Part shown: piece by piece, positions 27,520-44,356 of the stretch
Layout: the number at the start of each line of letters is the position of its first letter
Numbering within the stretch: the stretch's first letter is position 1
Assembly: GCF_009914755.1 (NCBI RefSeq)
Contig: NC_060947.1
From: the human T2T-CHM13v2.0 reference genome, Homo sapiens
Reading direction: 5' to 3' (one strand)
Length of the DNA: 64,000 nt
Program-made: the position numbers and the translations under genes
The notes under the pieces: model-generated
The model's database searches: none
Seen by the model: the letters and a program-made list of their open reading frames with translations, nothing else
What the model was told of the DNA's origin: nothing

Positions 27520-29500
27520 TATCAAGCATTTTTCAAACATACAGTTAAAGTATAGAAAATCATATACTCTTATAACTACACCAAGATTAAACAAGTAGAA
27601 TGTTGTACTTTTTTCCTGTCTCTACTTTTACTAAAGTGTTACAGATACAGCTGTAACCACTTGATCTCTTCCCTCTCCTCCTGAAGTTGATATGGTTTGT
27701 TTTATGTATGTTTTTAACTTTAACCACATAAGCATAAATCCATAGGTAAATTACATTATTGCTTGTGTGTTTTTAACTTCTTATATAAATGATATAGTGA
27801 TACATATTGTGTGCCTTGCTTCTTCAACATTTTGTTCTGTAATGTATGCAGACCTAGTTCATGCATCTTCACTATTTACAAGATCTATTTTCTGAATATT
27901 ACAGTTATCCATTATTTCATGGAGGGAGGATTAGATCATCTCTAATGTTCCACTAAATTATCTCGTGTTTGTTTTATTGTACACATGTGTACAAGTTTTT
28001 AGGAATAAAATTACCTAATGTGTATGTTTATCTGAATCTTTATTAACTATTGCAAAAATGTTGCCCAAAGTAAATAAACCAGTTTATAGTCTATCATTAA
28101 AGCCTTTGAATTCCTGTTTATGTTCAACTCTTGCCAACATTTGATGTTTTCAGATTTAATTTTTGCCAACCTGAGACTGGCAGAATGATATTTCATTATT
28201 GTTTGCATTTGCATTTCTCTGATCATAATTTTCCATATGGTTTATTAGCCACTGTGAATTTTGTTTCTCTGGGTTATCTATTAATGTGATGTGGTTGGGC
28301 TCTGTGTCCCCACCCAAATATCATCTTGAATTGTACTCCCATAATTCCCATGTGTTGTGGGAGGGACCCAGTGGGAGATAATTTGAATCATGGGGGCGGC
28401 TTCCCCCATACTACTCTCATGGTAGTAAATAAATCTCATGAGATCTGATGGTTTTATCAGGGATTTCTGCTTTTGCATCTTCCTCATTTCCTCTTGCTGC
28501 CGCCATGTAAGAAGTGACTTTTGCCTCCTGCCATGATTCTGAGGTCTCCCCAGCCATGTGGAACTGTAAGTCCAATTAAACCCTCTTTTTCTTCCCACTC
28601 TTTGGTATGTCTTTATCAGCAGCATGAAAATGGACTAATACATCATGTTTTGCCCATGTTTCTTTTAGGTTATTTGCATTTTAGGCAAAACTTGCCTGTA
28701 AAACAATCTGGGCCTGGTGTTCATTTTGTAAATAGATTTTAGATTATTGATTCTATTTCTTTAGTAGTTACATTTTCTTTTATTAAGTCAGTTTTATAAC
28801 ATAAATGTTATGTAAGAAATGAATCACTTTTTCAAAGTTTTCATTTTCCCCTGAATTTGAATGGTATTTTTAGCTGAATATAAAATTATCAATGACAGTT
28901 AATTTCTCTAATTATTTTGAAGATATTATTCCAATGTTACTTGGTCTATATTACTGCTGTTGCAAAGTCGACTGTCTGTCTTATTATTGGTATTATGAAT
29001 AACCTGGCTTTTCTTTTTGACTGCTTCTAAAATGTTCTGTTTGTTTCTTTGTCTGCAGTTTCACTAGATATGTGTAGGTACGGGTTTATTTTATTCTGGA
29101 TTCACTAGATATGTCTGGATATGGTTTTATTCTACTCAAGACATGTTATATTTTTTAAATTTTAGGAATTATGTCTGTAATCCATTATGAAAAGTTCTCA
29201 GCTATTATTCTGCATATATTGCCTCTCTGCCAATCTCTCAATGTCTCTTAACCCCTCTTTCATATTTTACGTCTCTTCATCTCTCCATGAAATTATATTT
29301 GGTTACTTTTCAAATGTCTGTTCTTCTTTCATAGTATCTTGTTCTTTTTCTAATTTTTATTGCTTCTTTAGTTTTTAATTAAATATATATTTTTATACTG
29401 TCCAATAAATTGTTTTAGTATTGACATTCTTTGAGTTCTAATTATCCTATTTGTTAGGTCTGTGAACTCTTGGCTCATGGTAGGTTTTGTCCTCAATTTT
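27520..29500 (-). mobile_element. Degenerate L1M fragments, interrupted by a THE1 LTR
   Basis: Antisense L1 3' and ORF segments (cttgccaacatttgatgttttcagatttaatttttgccaacctg; tttgaagatattattcca). Confidence 0.6.
28287..28642 (+). mobile_element. THE1A-type solo LTR
   Basis: tgatgtggtt...ggactaataca; TSD taatg / tcatg. Confidence 0.92.
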
Positions 29501-29539
29501 TATCATTAATATTCACTTTTAAAATTATCAATAGTATAT

Positions 29540-30000
29540 CAGTCAAATTTCGGGCAGGAAGAAGATGCTTCATCAAATAGAGTAATTGTGGAGAGTTTAA
29601 CACAAAATTATTTATAAAGGTATGGCCAGGGCTAAGAGCAGCCAAAAGATGGTAAAACATGGAGCTATTGCTATCCCTAAGCCTGAATGGCACAGGGAGG
29701 GAGTGATTATCAGACCCATAACTGAAAGAAAGGGTAGCCTGACAAGACACATGCCTTACTAGAGGAAAGCAGACACTGCCAACCAGTGGCCCTGCATGGA
29801 TGTAGCTAAGGGAACAAATATCATGATCTTGCTATTCTTCTGTCCCTCAATCTCCTGCATTACCTCCCACTAGCTGAACCCAGTGAGAAGACAGGAAACC
29901 CAGGTGACGCAGTAGATAGAGGTTAGTCTGTTGTGGGAAAAGCAGGGTAAAGAAGGATGGAGAGCAAACCTGGAGGGATAATTGGAAAACATTTAACACC
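29540..30000 (-). mobile_element. Ancient LTR (LTR78-like)
   Basis: caatctcctgcattacctcccactagctgaaccca...gagagcaaacctggagggata. Confidence 0.5.
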
Positions 30001-30272
30001 ATCGTAAACTCACGTTCAGGGGTGGCTTATCTGTTGGAAACCCCTGTTGCTTGGGAGGAGGGCATACCCATCCAGAGCAATTTTATATTTGCTCCTTGCA
30101 GATGTCTTAACACTATCACTGGCCTAGACTCAAGTTCTGTGTTAATTTTTCAGCTCAGACATTCCTGATCCCAAACAGTTTAAATTCTAACCGTTAATCA
30201 TGTGAGACATAGAGCCATAATTATAGAACGGAAAGGGAGACATTTCTGTTTCTACCCAAAACCCATTCATGA

Positions 30273-30670
<398 letters not shown>

Positions 30671-31710
30671 AATTTTGGCTTTTATTGCCTACCTTTCATA
30701 AATTGAAGACCTGTCTCCAGTTCCTGCATGCATGGTAAAACCCAAACTCCTCGCTTACCAAGACTGAAAACCTCCTTAACCACCAGCCAGTAAGATGCTT
30801 ACCACTCCGGCTATAATTCCCATAATAAGGATACAGGGAAGCATATGAGATCAATTTGTGTTATTTTCATCTATATAACATATTAGGCACTACTAACATT
30901 TTGTATAAACATTAACACTGGCATGCTCATTCAATCATATGTCACATGATCATAGCCAGCCCATTAGATAACCTGAAGGACAAAGGGAATATCAAAATGT
31001 GGAGGGATTGATCTTTTATTCAGCACTGGCACATTGTGATTTACTGCAATTTATGTACTACCAGATGTCATCAAGTTTTCTTTTATAAAAACAAAAGCTT
31101 TAAACTGTAGAATCTTTATAAGGCTTTGTAATAAAATGTAACATTCTGTTTTTACTGTAGAATTTTCTGGTTATCTTATGGCAAAGTACTGAAAATCATT
31201 ATCAACTTCACGATTTATAATGTATTTTTCTTTCATAAGAAAGTTAGTGTCCTAGTTTTCTGGCAAAGAGTGGCAGTTTTGCATTAACAACAGGGTGGCT
31301 GCTAATAGTTGGCTACTTAGAAGATTTAAACAAAATTAACGCACCAATGTGTCTCTCTTCAAAGTACATATTAACATTTTAGCAAAGTGTGCAAAAGTAA
31401 CTGATTTACCAAAGAGATATTTTATGTAGAAAGCATTTTCAAATAAATGTGTGGAAAAATTTCCAGCATTATGTAACTTTATTACCCCAAATGATGTATC
31501 ACTTATAAAAAATATTATCATAAACATGTATAGAAAGCATTGACATTAAATATTTTTAAAATGAAAAAGTCTTTAAAATGCAAACGTTTACTGGCTTTTG
31601 AACCCATTGAAATATATTTAAAAGCAAAAGTTTCAAAAATTGGCAAGAGCAACTGATTTGTATTATGGAAAATGGAATTAGTAACCAAATTTCAACAAAA
31701 ATTTTGGCAT

Positions 31711-31830
31711 AAGTGATGAGTGATATTTTTAAAAGTGAAGTTCAGGAATCAGCAGCAGTGGACAATGAAAAAAGTGATGAGTGATATTTTTTAAAGTGAA
31801 GTTCAGGAATCAGCAGCAGTGGACAATGAA
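31711..31830. repeat. 59-bp tandem duplication
   Basis: aagtgatgagtgatatt...gacaatgaa at 31711-31769 and 31772-31830, one mismatch. Confidence 0.95.
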
Positions 31831-33371
31831 CCCCTTCTTATAAAGTATAGTGATGGCTTTTAGAGTGCAGAGGCTGGTGCTATCACTCTCTGCAGTTGGA
31901 GATGTAAGAGGCATATTTTCATGGTTGCCACACCAGTACACGAAGCAAGCCTGTCATGATCTCTGCTAGGTCCAGGGCCACCAAGACAAGTGAAATCATC
32001 CCTGCCTTTCATCCAATTGTAAATAAGTTTGCCAGCGCCAGCCTGCCTCAGCATCTTTGATACCTACATCTCATCCCACCTACCCATAGTTGCTGAATGT
32101 CGAGGGATATCTGCACTCCAAACAGACTATGAACAGGCTGAGGGCACATGTTATTGGCCTCTTATTCTCTGGAGAGAAATGGAAGGCTGAAAAGAGGAAA
32201 GAAAAAATGCAATTTCACAGATACTTTATTCAGGTAAATTTTTTCAAATGCTTTTCCTTGTACTTCATTAAGCGCTTGGTCTACAACCAAGTTTGATTTG
32301 GAAAATGAAAGGCCCGTATGTTCATACAGCTAAAGTTTAAAAAAAAAATACTCTCGTATAGCATATTGGACTGTTTCTCCAAATCCTTGACCAAACATGA
32401 TGCTAGAAATGAAGAAGTCACCTCTAGTAGAGTGCTTCTGCTAGGAAAATGTTCTGTTTGGTGCCACATCCCAAGGCTGAATTTTTATTATATTGTATCC
32501 CACAGGCTATGCTCTAATTGGCTCCCATGCAAATTTCCTAGCTCTAACTTCATTTTGTTGATTAATGATTCCAACTTCCAATTTAATAATCCAATGTGCT
32601 GATATGGGACTTAAGAGACATACACAATAGAAAGTCTTGAAAATGTTTGGCATTAATGATGTGCTAAAGTAGTGATTTCCCTTTTATGAAATTATAAGAT
32701 ACTTCTTAATAAGTATATTGGATTTCCTAATACACAACATCTACTCTACCCTCTCCACCATTTTATAAAAGTATTTTGTGACATCTATTTTATTTTGAAA
32801 AGTAAATTTATTTCAAATTTATATTTGTAACAATTGCTTAGTTCTTAAGACAATCAAAGATAAATGAAGGTATGTAAAAGCAAGGGCCTAAATTAAAGGA
32901 CAAGTACACTTATGTTGCTTTCTTTTGTCAGGTATAGCATAGTCTTGGGCTAACTCCATACTATATCATTAACCTAGTAGTATAACTCTGTACTACTATA
33001 CTGACCCAAAGAGGCCCCATATATTAGTTAATATAATGGTACCTGCTAAAACAAATAAATTTTTGAACTCTCAAAGGCACAAAACTTAGACATTTATTTT
33101 TAAATCATGTACAGTCCACTTGATGTCCAAAAGGAAACCTAGGACAGCAGTATAATGATTAAACATGTGGTTTTCATAAAGATATCTCTGGGTTCAAAAA
33201 CCTCAGTTCTACTAATAACTGTATAGCCTTTGGCATGCCATTTAACCTTCCTGTATCACAGATTGGCAGAGATTCAAGAGAAAAAAAACCTAAATTTAAT
33301 GTGGGAACCAGGAACAGGAAAAGAACATTAGTGGGGAAACTGGAGAAAGTCACAAAAGACCTGTAGGTTAG

Positions 33372-35652
33372 TGATATGGTATGGTTCTGTGTGCATCTTG
33401 AATTGTACTCCCATAATTCCCACGTGTTGTGGGAGGGACCCAGTGGGAGATAATTTGAATTACGGGGGCAGTTTACCCCATGCTGTTCTCGTGGTAGTGA
33501 ATAAGTCTCATGAGATCAGATGGGTTTATCAGGGGTTTCCACTTTTGCATCTTCCTCATTTTCTCTTGCCGCTGCCATGTAAGAAGTGCCTTTTGCCTCC
33601 TGCCATGATTCTGAGGCCTCCCCAGCCATGTGGAACTGTAAGTCTAATTAAACCCTCTTTTTCTTCCCAGTCTGGGGTATGTCTTTACCAGCAGTTTAAA
33701 AATGGACTAATACAGTAAATTGATACCAGTAGAGTGGGGCGTTGCTGAAAAGATACCAAAAAATGTGGAAGTGATGTTGGAACTGGGTAACAGGCAGAGG
33801 TTGGGACAGTTTGGAGGGCTCAGAAGAAGACAGGAAAATGTGGGAAAGTTTGGAACTTACTAGAGACTTGTTGAATGGCTTTGACCAAAAGCCTAATAGG
33901 GATATGGACAATAAGGTCCAGGCTGAGGTGGTCTCAGATGGAGATAAGGAACTTGTTGGAAACTGGAGCAAAGGTGACTCTTGTTATGTTTTAGCAAAGA
34001 GACTGGTGGCATTTTGCACCAGCCCTAGAGATTTGTGGAACTGTGAACTTGAGAAAGATTATTTAGGGTATTTGGTGGAAGAAATTTCTGAGCAGCAAAG
34101 CATTCAGGAGGTGACTTGGATGCTATTAAAAGCATTCAGTTTTAAAAGGGAAACAGCAAAAAAGTTTGGAAAATTTGCAGCCTGATAATGCAATAGAAAA
34201 GAAAACCCCATTTTCTGAGGAGAAATTCGAGCTGTCTGCAGAAATTTGCATAAGTAACGAGGAGCCAAATGTTAATCCCCAAGAAAATGGGAAAAATTTT
34301 TCCAGGGCATGTCAGAGGTCTTCACCTCTGACAGGGCAGCCCCTCCCATTACAGGCCAGGAGGCCTAGGAGAAAATGGTTTTGTGGGCCAGGCCCAGGTT
34401 CCCCGTGCTGTGTGCAGCCTAGGGACTTGGAGCCCTGCATCCCAGCTGCTCCAGCTTTGGCTGAAAGGGGCCAACATAGACCTCGGGTTGTGGCTTCAGA
34501 GGCTGCAAGCCTCAAGCCTTGGCAACTTCCATGTGGTGTCGAGCCTGTAAGAGCATAGAAGTCAAGAATTGAGGTTTGGGAACCTCCGCCTAGATTTCAG
34601 AAGATGTATGGAAACGCCTGGATGCCCGGGCAGAAGTTTGCTGCAGGGGCAGGGCACCCATGGAGAACCTCTGCTAGGGCAGTGTGGAAGGGAAATGTGG
34701 GGTGGGAGCCCCCACACAGAGTCCCTACTGGGGCACCACCTAGTGGAGCTGTAAGAAGAGGGCCACCGTCCTCCAGACCCCAGAATGGTAGATCCACCAA
34801 TAGCCTGCACAGAGCACCTGGAAAAGCCACAGACACTCAATGCCAGCCTGTGAAAGTAGCTGGGAGAGAGGCTGTACCCTGCAAAGCCACAGGGGCGGAG
34901 CTGCCCAAGACCATGGGAACCCACCTCTTGCCTCACTGTGACCCAGATGCAAGACATAGCCTCAAAGGAGATCATTTTGGAGCTTTAAGATATGACTGCC
35001 CTGTTGGATTTTGGACTTGCATGGGGCCGGTAGCCCCTTTGTTTTGTCCAATTTCCCACATTTGGAATGGCTGTATTTACCCAATGCCTGTATCCCCATT
35101 GCATCTAGGAAGTAACTAACTTGCTTTTGATTTTACACACTCATAGGTGGAAGGAACTTGCCTTGTCTCAGATAATACTTTGGACTATGGACTTTTGAGT
35201 TAATGCTGAAATGAGTTAAGACTTTGGGAGACTGTTGGGAAGGCATGATTGGTTTTGAAATGTGAGGACATGAGATTTGGAGGGGACAGGGTCAGAATGA
35301 TATGGTTTGGCTCTTTTTCCCCACCCAAATATCATCTTGAATTTTACCCCCATTATTCCCACATGTCATGGGAGGGACCTGGTGGGAGTTAATTTGAATC
35401 ATGGGGGTAGTTTCCCACATGCTGTTCTTACGGTAGTGAATAAGTCTCATGAGATCTGATGGTTTTATCAGAGGATTCTGCTTTTGTATCTTCCTCATTT
35501 CCTCTTGCCACCACCATGTAAGAAGTGCTTTTCACCTCCGGCCATGATTCTGAGGCCTCCCCAGCCATGTGGAACTGTAGGTCCAATTAAACCTCTTTTT
35601 CTTCCCAGTCTCAGGCATGTCTTTACCAGCAGCATGAAAATGAACTAATACG
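33372..35652 (+). mobile_element. Complete THE1A-type MaLR: 5' LTR 33372-33714, internal 33715-35297, 3' LTR 35298-35652
   Basis: Two co-oriented LTRs; internal region begins gtaaattgataccagtagagtgggg; purine tract before the 3' LTR; TSD gttag / attag; inserted in an L1MC 3' fragment (33295-33371, 35653-35850). Confidence 0.95.
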
Positions 35653-36168
35653 ATTAGTTAATAGCTTTGTATCAATGTTAATTTCCTGGTTTTGATAACT
35701 GTACCATGGCTATGCAAATATAATCATTAGAGGAAACTGAGCGAAGGTTTCTATACTATTCTATACTGAGAGAAACTCTCTATAGTATTTTAGGAATTCT
35801 TCTCTAAGTCTAAAATTATTTAAAGGTAAAAAGTTAAGAAAATTAAAATACCTGTTTGTGAAGCAGCATTTTATCTGACATTGGTATTGTAACCTTGTAG
35901 CTATGTTGTGGGGATGGTACCTAACCCATAGCTGCCATTTAAGTCTAATTATCCATTAGTTCACAACAAGCAGTCCCAGTTAATCTGGCAATTCCAAGCT
36001 TTGCAGCTCTTATACTCAGACATGGAAAGATCATCAGAATGAATGCAAGAAGGGTGGGCAGTAGAAAATTTGAGAAGAGATGATGGGTAACTTTTGTCCC
36101 CTCACAATCCCCCTCCTGAGAGAGGGTACACAGGACACTTAGTTTCTTTCATGGCAGGGATTAGATTT

Positions 36169-36546
36169 TGTCTTAGTTCATTCATGGCTGCTATAATAAA
36201 ATATCTTAGATTGGGTTATTTATCAATACGTTATAGAAATTTATTTCCACAGTTTTGGAGGCTGGGAAGTCAGAAATCAAGGCACTGGCAGATTTAGTGT
36301 CTGGTGAGGGCTTCTCTCTGATTCCAAGATGGTGCTTGGAATGTTGCTGTGTCCTCATATGGCAGAAGAGATGGAAACACCAGACAGCTCTCTGAAGACT
36401 CTTTTATAAGGGCATTAATTCCACTCACAAGGGTAGAATCCTTATGATTTAATCACTTCTCAAAAGGCCCCACTGCTTAATACCATTGCTTAGGATTTAA
36501 GTTCCAACATGAATTTTAGAGGGACACATACATTCAAATCCTAGCA
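36169..36546 (-). mobile_element. MLT1A/MSTD-type solo LTR
   Basis: tgtcttagttc...cattcaaatcctagca with perfect 5-bp TSD gattt (36164-36168 / 36547-36551). Confidence 0.88.
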
Positions 36547-37199
36547 GATTTAAACTTGATGTTATCATCATTTACCACAGCAACAGCAAAAACAAACAAA
36601 ACAAAAAACAAAAAAAATCTCCCTATGGAGACATTTTGAAAAGGCACCTCCATGTTCATAGTTAAAGGTACTTGACATGGCTGATGATTTGTATAGCCCT
36701 TTTTCCCCCTTCTCCTTTTGTGGTATCTGCCTTGCATGTGGTGAATACCTGGGCTCTAGAGCACCACGTGAGTTTCTCTGGTGCCATTGTTGTGTGGCTT
36801 TTTGCAGAGCAATATGAAGGAAGAGGCAGAAGGAAGTAATTGGTTTATCTGATGTCTTGACAGAAAGACAGATCTATTTTCTGTCTCTGTTGTCCACGTG
36901 AGATCTCCAAAATGTATAGTTTTGGTGTGAGATTCACCAGACAGCATATTAAAGACTCCAGGGAGAGTAGAATTTATCAGCACAAAATGAACTGACGTGA
37001 AAGGGTGAGTAGAGAAAGGAAGGATGCAGTTAGAATGCAAAGCCAGGCTGGGACATAACTGCTTCTCTAGATCTCAGTGGTTTTTCTTTCTTTTGTGACA
37101 CTGGAAAATAAAGGGAGTGTTTCCTGTGTAGGCTGTTTCCACTTGGACTGAATGGTGCTTTCCAACTCTAGGAATTGCCTTGAGATTGGTTATTTGGGT

Positions 37200-37600
37200 C
37201 ATTATCTGTGCCTCCCAGCTAGAAAACGGGAATGGCAAGAGGACATACTTGGTAGGCCTGTGGAAGAGGTAAATGAATTCACACCTATAAAGAAATTAGA
37301 ATAGTGCCAGGCACCTTGTAACTCTCAATTAGCTATTTTTGTTCATAATGCTGATACTATTATTGCTATCAGAGCACTATGTGGGGAGGGAGCTTTTCAA
37401 GTAGAAAGAATACAAGTTTTGCAGTCAGAACACGTGGGTCTGAATACTAATTCCACCACTCACTAGTTGAGTGATTTTGGTGAAACTAAACTTCAGTGGT
37501 CTTAACTGTAAAGGGATAAGAGGATCTTACTTCAGAGACATCAATAAGGTTTATGTGAGAAAAAAAGACAGATTATAATGCTCAGTATAAGGTAACCATT
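37200..37600 (+). mobile_element. Two MIR fragments
   Basis: ttagaatagtgccaggcacc; gtcagaacacgtgggtctgaatactaattccaccactcactag. Confidence 0.6.
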
Positions 37601-38080
37601 GTTTTTATTAACATTAAATTAGTGACCAGCAGAACTTAGTTATGTTCTGAGTGTGGTCACCTCAAAGGCCACATTTTTGGCCATAGGTCCTTTTCTGTGA
37701 TGAATGAGTAGATGGCCTTAGACATACCCTGGAATGTTGGAAGTGAAAGGACCTTGAAAATCGTCTGCTTTCCTTGTTTTAAATATCTTAAGCATATTGC
37801 TGTTGGGCAGCAAGCCACGCCCAAACTTCACTTAGGTTATCCTTCTAACTCAAGCTTGTGCGATTAGGCTGAATCCAAGCAAGCAAGGACTGGCAAGGTG
37901 GTTGAAGTCATTTGGGATAACAGTAATAAGATTTGCCCAGCTGTGTTTGTTTATACAACCTAATCACCCTTATTTAGAGATTGCTATCTGACAGCTTTGA
38001 AGTGCACACATGAATGAAAAGTGGAATTAGTACTTTGAACTGGAAGCAAAGATTAGGGCCTTTCTTGTATGATTTTACGC

Positions 38081-38302
38081 CAGGGTTGGAAAACTACAGC
38101 CTCGATGGCCAAATTTGAACCATCTCCTATTTTTGTGAATAAAGTTCTGTTGGAATGCCATCATGCTTATTTGTTTATATATTGCCGGTGACTGCTTTCA
38201 CACTGTAACACAGTTGTTGAGTAATTGCAGCAGAGAGTGTATGGTCTACAAGGCCTAAAATGTTTACTATCTGGCCCTTTGTAGAAAGGGTGTGGACCCT
38301 TG
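38081..38302. mobile_element. MER58A
   Basis: cagggttggaaaactacagcc...aaggcctaaaatgtttactatctggccctttgtagaaa. Confidence 0.85.
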
Positions 38303-38434
38303 GCCTATGTAGTCTCAGTCCACAAACCAATGTAGTAGATGATGGCATTGTACACAGCACTTGCTCATGTAGGTATCACAGAAGAAAATGTGGACACCGG
38401 GCTTAGAGAATTTAGCATAAAAATCATAATTCTC

Positions 38435-39453
38435 GGGGGTGGAGCCAAGATGGCCAAATAGGAACAGCTCCCAGTGTGAGCGACGCAGAAGATGGGTGAT
38501 TTCTGCATTTCCAACTGAGGTACCTGGTTCATCTCACTGGGGAGTGCTGCACAGTGGGTGCAGGACAGTGGGTGCAGCACACCGTGCATGAGCTGAAGCA
38601 GGGTGAGGCATCACCTCACCCAGCAAGCACAAGGGGTCAAGGAATTCCCTTTCCTAGTCAAAGAAAGGGGTGACAGATGGCACCTGGAAAATCGGGTCAC
38701 TCCCACCCTAATACTGCGCTTTTCCAATGGGCTTAACAAACGGCACACCAGGAGATTATATCCCACACATAGCTCAGAGGGTCCTATGCCCACAGAGCCT
38801 TGCTCATTGCTAGCACAGCAGTCTGAGATCAAACTGCAAGGCGGCAGCGAGGCTGGGGGAGGGGCGCACGCCATTGCCCAGGCTTGAGTAGGTAAACAAA
38901 GCAGCCAGGAAGCTCGAACTTGGTGGAGCCCACCACAGCTCAAGCAGGCCTGCCTGCCTGCCTCTGTAGGCTCCACCTCTGGGGGCAGGGCACAGACAAA
39001 CAAAAGACAGCAATAACCTCTGCAGACTTAAATGTCCCTGTCTGACAGCTTTGAAGAGAGTAGTGGTTCTCCCAGCATGCAGCTTGAGATCTGAGAACAG
39101 GCAGACTGCCTCCTCAAGTGGGTCCCTGACCCCCGAGTAGCCTAACTGGGAGGCACCCCCTAGTAGGGGTGGACTGACACCTCACACGGCCGGGTACTCC
39201 TCTGAGACAAAACTTCCAGAGGAACGATCAGGCAGCAGGATTTGCGGTTCACCAATATCTCCTGTTCAGCAGCCACCGCTGCTGATACCCAGGCAAAGAG
39301 GGTCTGGAGTGGACCTCCAGCAAACTCCAACAGACCTGCAGCTGAAGGTCCTGGCTGTTAGAAGAAAAACTAACAAACAGAAAGGACATCCACACCAAAA
39401 CCCCATCTGTACGTCACCATGATCAAAGACCAAAGGTAGATAAAATGACAAAA
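38435..39453 (+). promoter_or_regulatory. L1 5'UTR internal promoter (YY1 site caagatggcc at 38446-38455; antisense-promoter region; ~128-bp pre-L1PA3 segment 39201-39328)
   Basis: Collinear with the recalled L1PA 5'UTR; many CpGs decayed to TpG/CpA. Confidence 0.8.
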
Positions 39454-40470
39454 ATGGGGAAAAAACAGAGCAGAAAAATCGGAAACTCTAAAAATCAGAG
39501 CACCTCTCCTCCTCCAAAGGAATGCAGCTCCTCACCAGCAACAGAATAAAGCTGGACGGAGAATGACTTTGACGAGTTGAGAGAAGAAGGCTTCAGAAGA
39601 TCAAAGTACTCCGAGCTAAAGGAGGAAGTTCGAACCAATGACAAAGAAGTTAAAAACTTTGGAAAAAAATTAGATGAATGGGTAACTAGAATAACCAATG
39701 CAGAGAAGTCCTTAAAGGACCTGATGGAGCTGAAAACCACGACATGAGAACTACGTGACGAATGCACAAGCCTCAGTAACCAATGCGATCAACTGGAAGA
39801 AAGGGTATCAGTGATGGAAGACGAAATGAATGAAATGAAGCGTAAAGAGAAGTTTAGAGAAAAAAGAATAAAAAGAAACGAACAAAGCCTCCAAGAAATA
39901 TGGGACTATGTGAAAAGACCAAATCTACATCTGATTGGTGTACCTGAAAGTGACGGGGAGAATGGAACCAAGTTGGAAGACACTCTGCAGGATATTATCC
40001 AGGAGAACTTCCCCAATCTAGCAAGGCAGACCAACATTCAAATTCAGGAAATACAGAGAAAGCCACAAATATACTCCTCGAGAAGAGCAACTCCAACACA
40101 CATAATTGTCAGATTCACCAAAGTTGAAATGAAGGAAACAATATTAAGGGCAGCCAGAGGGAAAGGTCAGGTTACCCACAAAGGGAAGCCCATCAGACTA
40201 ACAGTGGATCTCTTGGCAGAAACTCTACAAGCCAGAAGAGAGTGGGGGCCAATATTCAACATTCTTAAAGAAAAGAATTTTCAACCCAGAATTTCATATC
40301 CAGCCAAACTAAGCTTCATAAGTGAAGGAGAAATAAAATACTTTACAGACAAGCAAATGCTGAGAGATTTTGTCACCACCAGGCCTGCCCTAAAAGAGCT
40401 CCTGAAGGAAGCACTAAACATGGAAAGGAACAACTTGTACCAGCCACTGCAAAAACATGCCAAATTGTAA
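39454..40470 (+). pseudogene. L1 ORF1p (p40), full 339-codon length, two premature stops
   Basis: MGKKQSRK start at 39454; TAA 39547-39549 (codon 32), TGA 39745-39747 (codon 98); C-terminus ...YQPLQKHAKL*. Confidence 0.95.
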
Positions 40471-40518
40471 AGACCATCAAGGCTAGGAAGAAACTGCATC
40501 AACTAACGAGTGAAATAA

Positions 40519-44356
<3,838 letters not shown>

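Noticed and set aside
30990-31700. Possible processed-pseudogene 3'UTR on the minus strand (aataaa near 31015)
   Set aside because: No poly(T) tract, TSD or associated coding remnant
33811-35119. ORFs of 124-171 aa
   Set aside because: Broken pieces of the THE1 internal ORF, not a host gene
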